64,000 nucleotides of DNA from Takakia lepidozioides. Taxonomy: Eukaryota > Plantae > Bryophyta. The stretch spans positions 18,414,001-18,478,000 of the forward strand of contig CM060734.1 in NCBI GenBank assembly GCA_030704615.1, written 5' to 3'. Position numbers and translations under genes: made by a program. The notes under the pieces are model-generated. The model saw only the letters and a list, made by a program, of their open reading frames with translations. It was not told the DNA's origin and ran no database searches. This document shows, one piece after another, positions 36,261 through 48,824 of this stretch; position 1 is the stretch's first letter; each line of letters begins with the position of its first letter.

Positions 36261-37629
36261 ACTGATCACATATCAATCCGATGGGAGATTGATCCATCTC
36301 ACCTCCAGCTGCGCAATTCCTCACTACGTAGTTACCCTTCTTGCAACGACTGATGACCGCCACCCCAGACGTAAATCCAAACCAAAGCTGAAGTCTGCCC
36401 ATAAGAATCTATGTTCCAGGACTCGGGACCTGGGTTAGCATAAAGTGGAACAAAGGAACTAACAAGAAGAAAGAGACGCATAACGTCAATTGTGTGTATA
36501 AGAAAGCACCGACATTCAGTAGGACCCATTTGTGTGGGATCGCTTTCCGAGCAAACTTACGGATCCATCATGTTTGAAAATGTCTTTCGGCTAAAATTTC
36601 TCCAAGTCTTCTTGTTCAATACGATAGCTGAAGTTAATGCTTTTGAGACCCATGAATCTTCAACTCCACTCCGGATCTTCCTGAATCTTGTAACTGAGAG
36701 TGTGACAACACAATCAATTGATGTAGTCACCCGATTCCTCCTCCTAACTAGGTACCCCCTAACTCCGGCTACAGTTTTCAAACTTGAAGCAAGTAAGCTA
36801 CTGTATTCTGTTTCAACGACTTGGCGTATTGGCAATCTCCTTTGAGCCGGAAGCAACCACTGCCCAACACGGAAGAGCTATGGAAAGCTCAAGCTGCTGG
36901 CCAGGAGTCCGAGCTTGAAGGGAGGGTTGGTGTAATTGGGAAAGGCGAGAAGAAAACTATTCTTCGGGTGCGAAAGGGTATTACGCAAGCGTTTACACTG
37001 CAATCTGAATCACTCTAATGTCTCCCATGCATGTCATTCGAAAGAAGAGCGCCTTTGCAAGGGTATTCTTGAAGGGAGAGAGGGAGAAAGATTATTTGGG
37101 GATTGCGACGTGCAATTTTTCAGTATAGAGACAGATACTTCGCGGGAATGGTGATGTACGCTTGTGGGCATAGCGATCTTCTGTTGCTTGTGCATGGTCT
37201 ACCTAATCCTTGAAAGAGAGAATTACTGTACATATAATTACAGCATCTGTGCAATAAGTATACACAGAGTATCACGGCTCAAGGATCCAACTGCCTGGTA
37301 AGAGACTGCTGATTCGAACGCAGATTTGATAATGGATATATCTTGTAATGTCGAACTTTGGCCGAAGAGGAAGCTATACGGGACTCGCCTATGCGTACAT
37401 CTGCACAAGAAGCGCCTCAGTCTACAGGACTAGCTTGTAACGTGTATGCTATTGTTCTCTAGAGAGAAGGAGGGTTCAAATGTGCATTCGAAAGCTCGTG
37501 CGTTTTGGAGAAGAAGCTGATGACAATCATGTTTGATGTGATTACGAAAAAGAAAGAAAACGCTAGGAGAGAAGGGGAGAGAGATCGGGGGGAGAGAGAA
37601 GGTTGAACACCCTAAACCAGTGATATTAA

Positions 37630-39096
37630 TGCAGGTGTGCAGGATGATACGTGAGAGGACGATTGGGCAGCGACGGCCGCCTTCAGGACCCAACCGCAAT
37701 CGGGACAAATGTGAGGCCTTCTGCGCCTCTCTGGCAAGTAAGCTGGACAATCTCGAACAATCTCTGCAGCCAAAATTGCTATCGCTTGCTTGGGTTTCGC
37801 TCGCCATCGAGTTTATGCGGTCGACCTACTCGGACATGATTCACCTGGTTGAGGAGTTAGGAGAGTCGACTTCTGGGGACTTCAAAGGGTCGGGGGACTT
37901 CTGGTTGGAGGATTACATGACCGAGAGCATGAAGCTTCTAGACATTTGCAACATATTGAAGCCCGCAATTTCTCAATTCGAACACTACCAGATGTGTGTG
38001 CAGCTCGTTCTGCAGGTTTCTCAAAGGGCCGCAGAAGACCACCTTGCGGGAACCTACACCTGCACTACCAGCAGGAACTTGAGTGGCGCGTTCCAAAGTT
38101 CTGATGAAGAGCTGCAAAAATTACTGGATACTGCACCCGCGCAGACAAAATCTCTCATTGTCCTCTCGGAGAGGCTCGTCTCGGGCAATGTTAACTCCTG
38201 GACAAAAGGCTTCAACAACGTAACCCGGTTTACCAGTGTCTCCATTGGCGATTTGAAGTTCTCACCTGAGCAAGTGGGATGCAGTACACCAGCAGCTTCA
38301 ATTGATCCTGCAAAGGCGAATGGGAATGGCAAGAAGGTTGATGGATTAGTTATAGTCATGGAGGCCACCAGAGATGCCATTGACTTTGTCTCGAGGATGC
38401 TTGTCTGGGTACTCACATCTTCGTCTAAAGATTTCCCTCGTATCGTCAAATGGGAGCATTCGTGGTCGCCAGCTTTCCGGTTATTGCAAGACAAACTATT
38501 TGAACAGTTCGGTGAGAGGAGTTGGGAGCCAAGGCAGACCTCCATTTTGGCATTTCAGGAAATTAGCCTTGTCCAAGGTTGTGCCTCAGACCTGAAGTTG
38601 AAGATTGGAGAGCTGGTAAGCAAGCCTGCAGATGAGCACTCGGTCGCGGGCATCCAAGATTTGATCCAGAAACTGACAGAGCATGTCAGTGAGCTGCAGG
38701 CAAGTCTTCAAATATGAGAAAATATATGAACGCACTTCAAAGTGCCTCTCAGATTGCCCCACACATTTCCAGACCATCCTCACTAATCATTCTTTGCAAA
38801 ATTCTTGAATACACAGGGAGATGGAGCCTTTGATGTACCACGATACTGTTCCAGCTGCCAGGTCAGGAGAGGGAACTAGAATTCAGGCGTTTCAAAATTC
38901 AATTTCTCGTGCAGATCAAGTCATTTTATTCTTATGTTCCAGATCAGTGATTCCTTGATTTGTGATCTTGCAGGGTGGCTTGGAGAGAATATCAAGTCAA
39001 GTCAATCACTTATTTGACGACCTTGTTAGGACGAGAAAGAAGCTGCTGGATAAAGCTCAACGGTCCTCCGCCATCCACAGAGCCTACACCTTGTAG
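37630..39096 (+). CDS. BPS1-like (DUF793) protein, apparently intact; exon 1 to 38699, GC-AG intron, exon 2 38974-39096
   Basis: LLSLAWVSLAIEF..WLEDYMTESMKLLDICNILKPAISQFE; spliced C-terminus GGLERISSQVNHLFDDLVRTRKKLLD matches the family C-terminal helix. Start codon uncertain (37630 or 37644). Confidence 0.82.
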
Positions 39097-39759
39097 AAAC
39101 CAAGCATTTAACTGCAATCCATTGTGTACAGAGAAACTCTAGTTGCACTCCAGTAGAAGACAACGACGTCAACTTTCATGATTCAAAAAGTTCACCGTCA
39201 TCAGCACAGTCCCCTCCCATGTGCAAAAGCTGTGTGTTCTAGGAGCAGTAAAATTGAATATGCAGGAGTAAATGCTGCAATAACAGCGCAGCCCACTACC
39301 AAAACTCTCGAGAAAAGTATACCAACAACGGCTAGAATGACACTAAAATATGGTAGCTTGGCTGAGACTTCAGCAAATGATCTGATGGCCTTGAAAGCTT
39401 TGCAGAAAGCTTCCTTTTGGTGTTAGTATCACTAGTATTTTTGGACACCATTGGCAATGAAATACAGGATAGGGAGCTTTTGGACATTCCCTTGTGTTTC
39501 CATTGCATTCCAAACGTTCCCAGGTTCCAAAAGTTCTTCATCCCCCTCCATCTTTGATTCCTTGAGTGGGTTGCATAAACAGATATGCTCTTACACTCTG
39601 TGCTGAAAGTTTGACATGATGATTGATCATGCTTATACCAAGTTTGGCTCTACAGCCAAAACTCAAGTAGCCCACAATGGAAGCTAGACTTCTCTGCTGT
39701 TGCCCAGAGCTTTCTACACTACAACTAGCATGCATGTGCACCTATTGAGAACCTCTAGA

Positions 39760-41945
39760 GAATGTACCCAGAAGACGTCGTTCGCCATAGCCTTGTGGCC
39801 ATTGACCCCATGCCCAGTTGGAGTGGAACACAAAGCGACAGAAACTACCTTTGTCAGGAGCTGACGCTGGTAGTATGTACTTAACTTGGAACACACAATT
39901 GATCCGAGTTTTCCAAATATCCTCTAGAAATCCCTTTACACAAGCATCAACCTACTGTGTGTGGTGTGCCCAATAACTAGGCCCCAAAGGGCTGGGCTTT
40001 TGGCTAAGCCTCAAGACTTTCAAAGTTGATAAACAGAGGTACAGGCACAATTCCCATGATAGATTTTAAGACGGCGTCTCTCTGGTGAGAGAACCCCGGA
40101 CAATGGATCAGAAAATGAATATTGTCTTCAGGTTGCCCATACAACTGGCATTTGCAATGCCCCTTCCCTCTCTGCTTCTGTTTGCGTAGGCTTTTCGCCC
40201 TGAGTTTAAATTTCAGTCTAGTGCTGAGAGTGGGTCAACCCTTGAGGTCATCCATGATGGCCTCCCCCATGTCACAGACTGGAAACAAGTTCAGGGAAGT
40301 TTTCTGCCTGACTCCATTTTCATCAGACAATTTCCTGGCAACAGACATGGCTTTGCACACTATAGCCTCCAAGTCAGATTTATCCAGTAGGGTCAAGACT
40401 TACAGACTTAGAACTAGATCCTTGAGAATCTCTTCTACCCTCTTCCACCAGGACTTAGCCTGTTTGAGCCTATTTGACACGGCGATCCTGCTTCCAAGAT
40501 ACAGAGTCAGTTAACTTTGGATATCTGGTATTAGTCATAAGGCACAAATCCCTTAATGGATTTGAAGTGGGCGTCCCTCTGGTGAGAGTACCCAGGACAA
40601 TGAATCAGGAAATGAATATTGTCTTCAGGTTGCCCACACAACGGGCATTTGCAATCCCGTTTCCTCTCTGCTTCTGTTTGCTGTTCAAAAGAGAGATAGA
40701 GAGAGAGAATGTACCTGGTAAACAGAGGTACAGGCACAATTCCCTTGATGGATTCTAAGACAGCCTCTCTCTGGTGAGGGAACTTACCCCGGACAATGAA
40801 TCGGAAAATGAATATTGTCTTCATGTTGCCCACACAACGGGCAATTGCAATCCCCCTTTCCTCTCTGCTTCTGTTTGCTATTCAAAGGTAGGCTTCCCGC
40901 CCTGAGTTTAAGTTTCAGTCTAGTGCCGAGAGTGGGTAGACCCTTGAGGTCATCCATGATGGCCTCCCCCATGTCACAGACTGGAAGTTCAGGGAAGTTT
41001 TCTGCCTAACTCCATTTTCATCAGACAATTTCCTGGCAACAGACATGGCTTTGCATACTACGGCCTCTAAGTCAGATTTATCCAGTAGGGTCAAGACTTA
41101 CGGACTTAGATTCAGATCCTTGAGAATCTCTTCTACCCTCTTCCGCCAGGACTTGGACTGTTTGACAGGGGGATCCTGCTTCCAAGATATAGAGTCAATT
41201 AACTTAGGATATCTGGTATTAGTCATATGATGCAGCTGACCACACCATCTGACCTTGAATCCATCTGGAAAAATTTAGTGAGACCCAACGCTCTGCGCTT
41301 GCCAGATAGAACAACTTTCTGATATGTGCATCCCAATTACAGTTGGAGGAAAACTCACCGCCAAGGTATGTGTAGGAAGGGAGGACCGGAATCTCTTGGC
41401 TTCCCCACTGCCACTTCAGATTGCCTCCTCCCTCCCCTCGGTTGTTGAATGCCACCACTGCACATTTACTGACGTTAGCCTTTAGCCCCGAAGGTCAAAG
41501 TATCTCTTCGCCAATCAACTTCTGAGGATTGGATGGAGTCTCCCCTATGCCTGCGAAGTCATCCGCAAACATAAGGGCTGGTATGGTGGCATCACCCACC
41601 CTTGACCCAAATCCCTCACTTTCCACATCCTCGAGGAGTTGCTCGTTGAAACATTGAAGAGCAGAGGAGAGAGGGTGCATCCTTGAGCTACACCTTGGTC
41701 TCTGTCAAAGAAGTTAGACTTCTGTCCATTAACAGTGACACAGCTTTTGGTGTGACCATACAAGTTATGGACCACTCTCCACATCTTTCCCTTGATCCCA
41801 GATGACCAGAGTCAGAGCCATAGACCAAGTCTCCACACAGTGTCATAAGCCTTTTTGACATCCAAGAAAAAGAAAAAAGTGGGTTGCACTTCTTTTTCCT
41901 TCCCTGGATAATCTGGCTTAAGAGTGAAGATAGGATCCTGTAGAG
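39760..41945 (-). mobile_element. Cluster of fragmented LINE copies (same family as 56030-58998)
   Basis: [28 protein letters not shown] and CPLCG motifs; at least three overlapping 3' fragments. Confidence 0.9.
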
Positions 41946-43824
41946 AAATGCCAAAAGCTGAAAATAATTTATGTTGTTCAGTACAAAAGATCTTGTGGCC
42001 CATTCACACATAATTGTAACAGCTGAACTCGAATCTAGGCAAAGACGAGCTGGAATCGCTCTGGATTACTTCACTGGATGTCAAGCACTTCATTTCAACC
42101 TGCCCCAACCAACACCCCCCCCCCCCCATGATATGATTAGATAAGATCCAAGATTTCTTCTAGCACAACATGCCGCAATTTCTGCTGTCGGAAAACTCAA
42201 GGATCTCCTGGGCTACATACCTAGAACACCATCCAGGTTTAAGCAGCAAGCCAAACTCATATCTTGGCTCTCATGGAGGATGTGGAAGTATACAATTCCC
42301 CTCCACAGAAATCTTGGTGGATCTCAAAAAATGTTGTTGACAGTCTTTGGGTTGATACTCCAGCTAGAATACGTGCTAAAGATACAATTATCAATGGCTT
42401 TGCCCTTCTTCAAAGATACATACATTTCCTCGTTGATGAGGAGAACTACAGAGATGACTTGCAAATAACCAGGGATCATCTCAACGGCATCAAACAATCG
42501 GTCTTTGGATCATCATCCTCCAGTGACTCAACAAACGTGGCCCCAATGTTGGTGGCGTTTCCAGTCCCTGTTGTGGCAGCACCGGGGGAGCTTCAACTTG
42601 TTGTGCCTGATGTATCCAGGGGGGTGGCTTGGAATCACCCAATCCACCAGGAGTTCCCGGTAGTCAATCCAGCAGTTGGAAACACATCAAGCATATCAAG
42701 AACACAAGAATGTCGTCCAAGCCCCACTTTTGCTACACAGTTTCTACACTACTTACTTGGGGTTTACTGCTTTCTGCTCTCTCAATAGTTACTTCTCTCT
42801 ACCCCTAAGTCTCCATGCGCTTCCTCTAATTTCCTCGGGAGTATAGGCCCCTCTTGCTCCTCCTTTCTTCTCTTTGATGGGGTCCCCGAATTCGGAGTTT
42901 TTCCATAGGCAGTGCACACCATTTCTGCCCATTCAAAAACAACTTATTCGGGACCCCATCAAACAGTGTGCACACCCTTTCTGCCCGCTGAAAAACTCCG
43001 AATTCGGGACAATGAAACGGTTGTGTGTCATGCTTTATCTCAAAGCATTTTGTTCTTCGAATTGTGAAGATCAATACATCATGAGTGGTTGGGATTGCTT
43101 AGATTGCACAAATTTTGGTTCCAATTACTGGCCATTGTCAGGGACCCATACACAAAGAGCATATGTCATGGCACTTGTGTGAAATCATGAACTCCTCTCG
43201 CTTTCAATGACACATGTAGTTTGCTTCAAGAATAGTTCTTTGCCACAGACCAGTTGTGGATGTCTTCTAAACCTGCAAATCACTGAAGTCAGCATAGTCT
43301 TTGCACTTTGGAGCCTCAAAATCTTTGCAAGACTAGCGGGGTTTATAAGACTCTCCAGCTCTCATGAATTGGCCTCCAGTACTATAAATGTGGTCTACAC
43401 TTTTTCAAGCAGAGCCCCATCCAATTGCAGTTCTTGTGATGTTCCTTTTCCCTCGCAAAATATTTCATTTCTGACTTGCCTTGAGGAAGGGATTATGTGA
43501 TGCGAACTTCGATATAAGAACATGTTGCCAAACATGCACTGCTCCATAACACCAGCAAAGAAAACCCGCAAATAAGACCATCCACAATATCACCTTCCTC
43601 AAATGGCTAATCTTCATTGTGCCCATTGTCAATATCGCAGCAATCGGTTGGATCCTTGGCAACTGTGCTCTTCATATTACCTTCTCGCTGGCATGCCTGC
43701 AGGGACATCCTACCCGCGGTTATGAGTGTCATCCGTGAAATTACATACAATATTTTTTTGCAAAAAACCTGGGCCGCACCGCTCGCGTGAGCACAGGCTC
43801 ACCGCTTACGGTCTAGCATCCCTG

Positions 43825-44760
43825 TTTTTGGACACCCATTATCATGGAGCTTGGTGGCCATTTTCCATGCTGGATCTTTCCTAATGCTGTATGTGCTCAT
43901 GAATGGGTCAAAACCCCCCAGACACCCAAGATATGACCCAAAATGATTTGCAATATCAGGCAAATTGACCAAATATTGATCAGGAATGAAGGGTAGAGAT
44001 ACTATCCTAGGACCCCAGAGCTTCCCATTTTTGTTCCCCAATTTAGAAGACCATGGGAAGAGGTTGAAGTTGAAGCCCTTAAGATGTGGGTTGAACAATA
44101 GTGCTCGGGAGGCTGCATGCTAGGACTCAAAGACTATAGAAAAGAAGCCTCTAGCGTGGCAGAAGTGTTGCTTAAGCTCTCCTTGACCTCCCAAGTCCCT
44201 AATGGCCCAGTCCCTGACGTATGCCCGACTGACCTTTCTCCCAGTGAAGTGCACCAGGATGCCTGATTCTTCTATGGTTGAGATTCTACTGTTAAGACTT
44301 CGAATGTCCATATCGATCAGCGGGTAGTCTCGGCTCATTGAGTCCTGCACTTCCATAGATTCCAGAGGCAGTGCTTCCTCTGTTTTCAGACCTGAGGGTG
44401 AGCCTTCTCCAGAATCATTGAGAAGAGGATCCATCACTGAAGTTGTTGAGTGAGAGGGCCTGAAGGGCCGAGGAGTTGCCAGAGCACGAGGGGTAGGTAA
44501 ACCAGGATGGAATCCTCGGGGTAGAGATTGAACCTGGTGCGTTGGTAAGGAAGGATGATAGCCTTGGGGAAGAGATTGAGCATGGTGCGCAAGGAAGAAG
44601 CCAGTGTCCAAGCTTGGTTGGGGCCTAGGAGCTTGCGAAGGTCGTGGTGGGCCTTGATTGCACTGTCCATTAGTGCGATGGGAGAATTCACTGGGCCCCA
44701 TGGCTAAGGGAAGAGATCTAGAGGTGGAAGGAAGACAAAGTGCTGCCCGAGATCCAACTA
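43825..44760 (-). mobile_element. 5' part of an L1-type ORF1 split by element B
   Basis: GILVHFTGRKVSRAYVRDWA..ARGFFSIVF..GPRIVSLPFIPDQYLVNLPDIANHFG..LHDNGCPK. Confidence 0.8.
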
Positions 44761-47424
44761 CTAGGACGATGCTAACACACTATCATGAAATACAGATAGA
44801 AACCACTGCAAATGCAAACTGAGTAGAACACACAGTTTATAAGGAGAAGGTGAGCAGAATGGCTAGGGGAGAAACAACGGCTGAGACTGAGTCAGAGTGC
44901 CTAACACATACTCACGTCACCTTTATTGAGTAACACAAAATCACACAGAGTGAAGAAGATGGGAGGTTGGTAGGGCGAGAATGATTGAGGTTGAGCACGG
45001 CTGAGTGATGACCGCGCAATGAGCTGGCTCAACGGTTCAGATCTTTTCACCGAATTTTCTAATACGGTTTTGTGCTTGCCCCTTTGAAATTGGAAGATTT
45101 GACCCCCCAAATTGGCCATACAAAGCAGCCCACATGAGAACATGTCAGACAAAGCTGAAATTTTCAGGGCAGGTGTCTTACCTGGCAGGGTACAAGATTA
45201 TGGTTTGTGTCATGTCAAAAAATTTCACAGCTGGGAAATTCAATAAGAAAACCTGTGTTTTACCCGATTATAATTAGGAAATTTGTTTTAGGCCCAACTT
45301 TCAACATTACAATCTTGCAATCCGGCAGTTCGATTTGGACCAGATTTTATGTGGTCATAGCTGGGGTAGGTAGGAACATATTACAACGGTCAGTTTTACA
45401 GGGCCTGAGGAAATCTCAAGATATAAATTATTTAGTGGGGAGGGGTCAATTTTTTGGGGGTGGACCAAAAATTGGGGTTAGTCCTTTAGGCGTTAATAGG
45501 GGTAACATACTTACTTTCTAAGTAGACCTCAAACTTTGACGAGACAACCTGGAAAATAAGGCAAGGAAACAACATATACTAATCTTTCCTCCCCCCTACC
45601 ACTTTTCTCTCAGAATACACCTATGTTCAGCGTGTTTGACACCCACAACTCCTTTTCCAACGAGACCAAGGCTAAATGCTCACAAACATACTAGTAAGTC
45701 AAAACCATCGTCATTATACGTTATAGCAAGTGCAATATCTTCATCCACTCATTTCTACAGCTTGAATTGAGAATGGGGCAGACTGTTCTTAATGCTGGGC
45801 GTGCAACTCCATTGATTTATCTTTCCTTCCCCCTCGTGACACTGTTTCTCAAAACATTGCACGTCAAAAAACCACAGCGGACACTTAATCCATCCTGCAG
45901 GTAGTTTGATATTCTTGACTTGTACACAAGGTCCAATCGCACAAGGTCATACGGAATAACGAGTGTTTCCACCTCTACAAACAAGTTCCAGCACTGGAAT
46001 CACAAACAAGCATATCACAAGATAAACATACAGATGTTGTCGTATCCACATCGACCTCTTGCCCCAGCAAAGAGGAATGAACTATCATCAATCACACTCC
46101 CACAGCCAAGTTAATCACAATGCAAAGCCTAAGCAAATGGAGTGGTGGGAGAGATTCGCAACTATGTAAATACTTCAGATGAGAGGAAGCGTGTACACGA
46201 GGGTACCTGTCATCTGTGGCATTGACACAATTACAAATTTCTCAATGCTCAGGGCAAGGAGGCGGGATCGGCGAAGTACTCACCTCCGAGCAAGGTTTGC
46301 AAAGAAGAAGACAGAACCGATACGAGAGAGCCATGTTCAGCGTCCGCATCATCAGAGACCTGTGAGAGACAATCCTCAGCTGTGCTTGATCAGCACCGGG
46401 TAAGAGAATCTTGGTCACGGTAATATACCTACCGCTTACCGTTTTACTTCTTATCTCTAGATAGTTCAGGGACAGCAATGTTCATCCATTCTTAGAATGT
46501 TCATTCATCCAAACAACAAATTGACCATCCATTCATACCCCATCGGGTCCCATGTCTCTCATGTCGGAATGGATGGCCATCATCCAGTGATGCCAGCTTC
46601 CCCATGCATGTTACAGCATGCATCGTGAATGCCATGATTCATTAACCGGAGAGCGGAGCACGGTACACTTGGCAGGTAATAATCCACAGCACTTGCCGTG
46701 CAAGTTGCTGATAACTTAACTTGTTCGCACATGTGAGCAGCCACTCACGATTGGATCATGGATGGATGAACAACGACACATCCAGGGCAGTGTTGTTTTT
46801 TGACAGGTAGCCCTACCTTTTTTGTGACAGGTTAAATTTTTTTTTTTACTTTCACTGTGACATACAACTTTGAGAAAATGCCTTTCACATGACAGGTTTT
46901 CCAGATTTTTGACCTTTCACACAATTTTGTCGTATGAAATTGAAATGAAAAATGAAAAGAAGTGTGAATTAAAAAAAAAACAAAACAAAACAAAATTAAA
47001 TGTGAAGCTCCAGTCCGTGAATACATATGGTATTGTCTTTACTATTTTCATGGGTTCCAACCCAAACATGTAGCATTTGTACCACTTATTCTCTAACTAT
47101 AAGACTTTAGCATTTTTAACCTCTTCATACGTAGTCCCAAGCCTCTCTTCTTTGAGAGAGATTCTCTTGGCTTATCAATGAGCTAGGAATACAATATGCC
47201 AGTTGATTGTAAGTTAAGATTTTGAGTCATGCAGGATGGCCGTGTTGAATTAGGTGCAGTGGTTTGAATATGGCACCTCCTCCACAACAAATCAGGAGAG
47301 GTACTCAAGAATAATTTTTTTGGCACTGCTGTGGCTATGGGTACACCGTGTAAGGGAGAACAAGTCAAACATGCACTACACGATTTGAACCAGCAATTCA
47401 TTTTGGCTGCCAAACTCCAGTACT

Positions 47425-47520
47425 TAATTGTGCATTTTACAAGGGTGTATCAAGAGTAAAGACCTAGAAACAAGAAAGCAAGTGCATGCCCACATTATCC
47501 AAAATGGATATCTCCAAATA
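47425..47520 (+). pseudogene. Short PPR N-terminal motif fragment
   Basis: CILQGCIKSKDLETRKQVHAHIIQNG. Confidence 0.55.
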
Positions 47521-47669
47521 TCTGTCTACTCAACATCCGGTCGGGAAAAAGAAAAAGAAAAAAAGAAAACTAAGAATGGAGGCTGGAGCACGCACAGGAA
47601 ACAAAGAGGGAGAGCCTAAGTAAGCTTAGAGGTTTAAGGCTTGAAACACAAAGAAGGGCAGCTGGCAGT

Positions 47670-47927
47670 CAGCATTTTTTTATAGGCGAATTTTCGCCAG
47701 ATTTCGACCTCAAAAAAAAGAAGGAATATTCTGTCGGAAGTCCCATGTTTTTCTTGGATGAAATTGCCAAATTTCTCCAAATAAAAATAAATTATGGATG
47801 CATTTACCAAATATGGATGATATATATGGATTATGGTACAGAAGTGGATGAACAGAATGTACTGCTATTTTCTGCAAAACTCTGTAGCCACTTGTGCTGT
47901 TTTCCAAATTTCCTAAGAAAAACACTG
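47670..47927. mobile_element. 258-bp hAT-type MITE
   Basis: Termini CAGCATTTTT / AAAAACACTG; 8-bp TSD CTGGCAGT (47662-47669, 47928-47935). Confidence 0.85.
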
Positions 47928-48824
47928 CTGGCAGTGCTTGGTGAGGCTCCCCTAGGTGGACTTACTTAGTAAGATTAACAAAAACTACTAACAATTTGTA
48001 CCCTTTTTAGCCTCTCATAGCCTCTAGGTGGACTTACTAATAAAATTGCTAATAACTATCAGTAATCTCTGCAGATTTTCTATTCATTTGTAGCTTTCAG
48101 GCTTTGTGAGCCTCTCCTAGGTGGACTTAGTAATCAAATTACCCCTAATTATCAGAAATTTCTGCCTTTCTTTTGACAGGCTTATTTTTTTTTTGACTTT
48201 CACTGTGACAGGCATTTTTTTTTTGACTTTCACTGTGACAGGCATTTTTTTCTCATTGCCTTTCTTTTGACAGGCTCATTTTTTTCTTGCCTTTTTTTGC
48301 CTGTCAAATGCCTGTGACAGGTGAAAAAATCAGCCATGATCCAGGGATCCAAGGCAATGGTCAACACCGCGGTCAGCATCCAACAGCCCCGGGTCAAGCT
48401 AACGGATGAATAACGGTCGACATCAATCGACCGATCCAGCAAAGAATTAATCTCGGAAGAGTAATCAGCCGAATACTATAATAACTACCCCGCCTTTAAT
48501 ACTCCGAAGTTGGTGGGGGATGGGCATGGGTGGATGGGCATGCATGGATATGCATGCGGGATGACGTGGGCGCATGGGGATGGTAGGGCCCGGGCGAGAA
48601 AGAGATGGCAAGAAAGGGCAACAGCGAGGACACGCAGGCAGGTGGGCAGACTCAGGATCCATCGATCTGAGACGACGGGGTAGGGGCAGGACTGATCTGC
48701 GGGAAGGTTCCAAGGCGGATTGGATAGATTACGGGGTAAGGTAATCCAGGGAGGCTGAAGGGGGTCCTGGGGGAGAGGGTGCAATAATCAAACCCTTAAA
48801 GAACGCGGGAGGGGTGCTCACTGC

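Larger units (their letters stand above)
23308..43824. mobile_element. Element B: 20.5-kb non-autonomous MULE-like element (Pack-MULE/macrotransposon-like) carrying host genes
   Basis: Perfect 9-bp TSD TTTTTGGAC (23299-23307, 43825-43833). Imperfect TIRs GAGCGACGCTACCGCGTGAGTGGTGAGC / CAGGGATGCTAGACCGTAAGCGGTGAGC (20/28). Flanks rejoin into one ORF. Shared subterminal motifs at about 23.85 kb and 42.9 kb. Confidence 0.85.

Noticed and set aside
43200-43670. Possible membrane-protein gene fragment near the right end of element B
   Set aside because: Short hydrophobic ORF followed by stops in the frames checked; no family recognised.
30758-43824. Pairing the left end at 30758 with the right end at 43824
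   Set aside because: Flanks differ (TTTCCCATG vs TTTTTGGAC), whereas 23308/43824 share a perfect TSD and rejoin an ORF.
46790-48330. TTTGACAGG / TTTCACTGTGACA repeats suggesting another DNA transposon
   Set aside because: Termini and TSD could not be defined.
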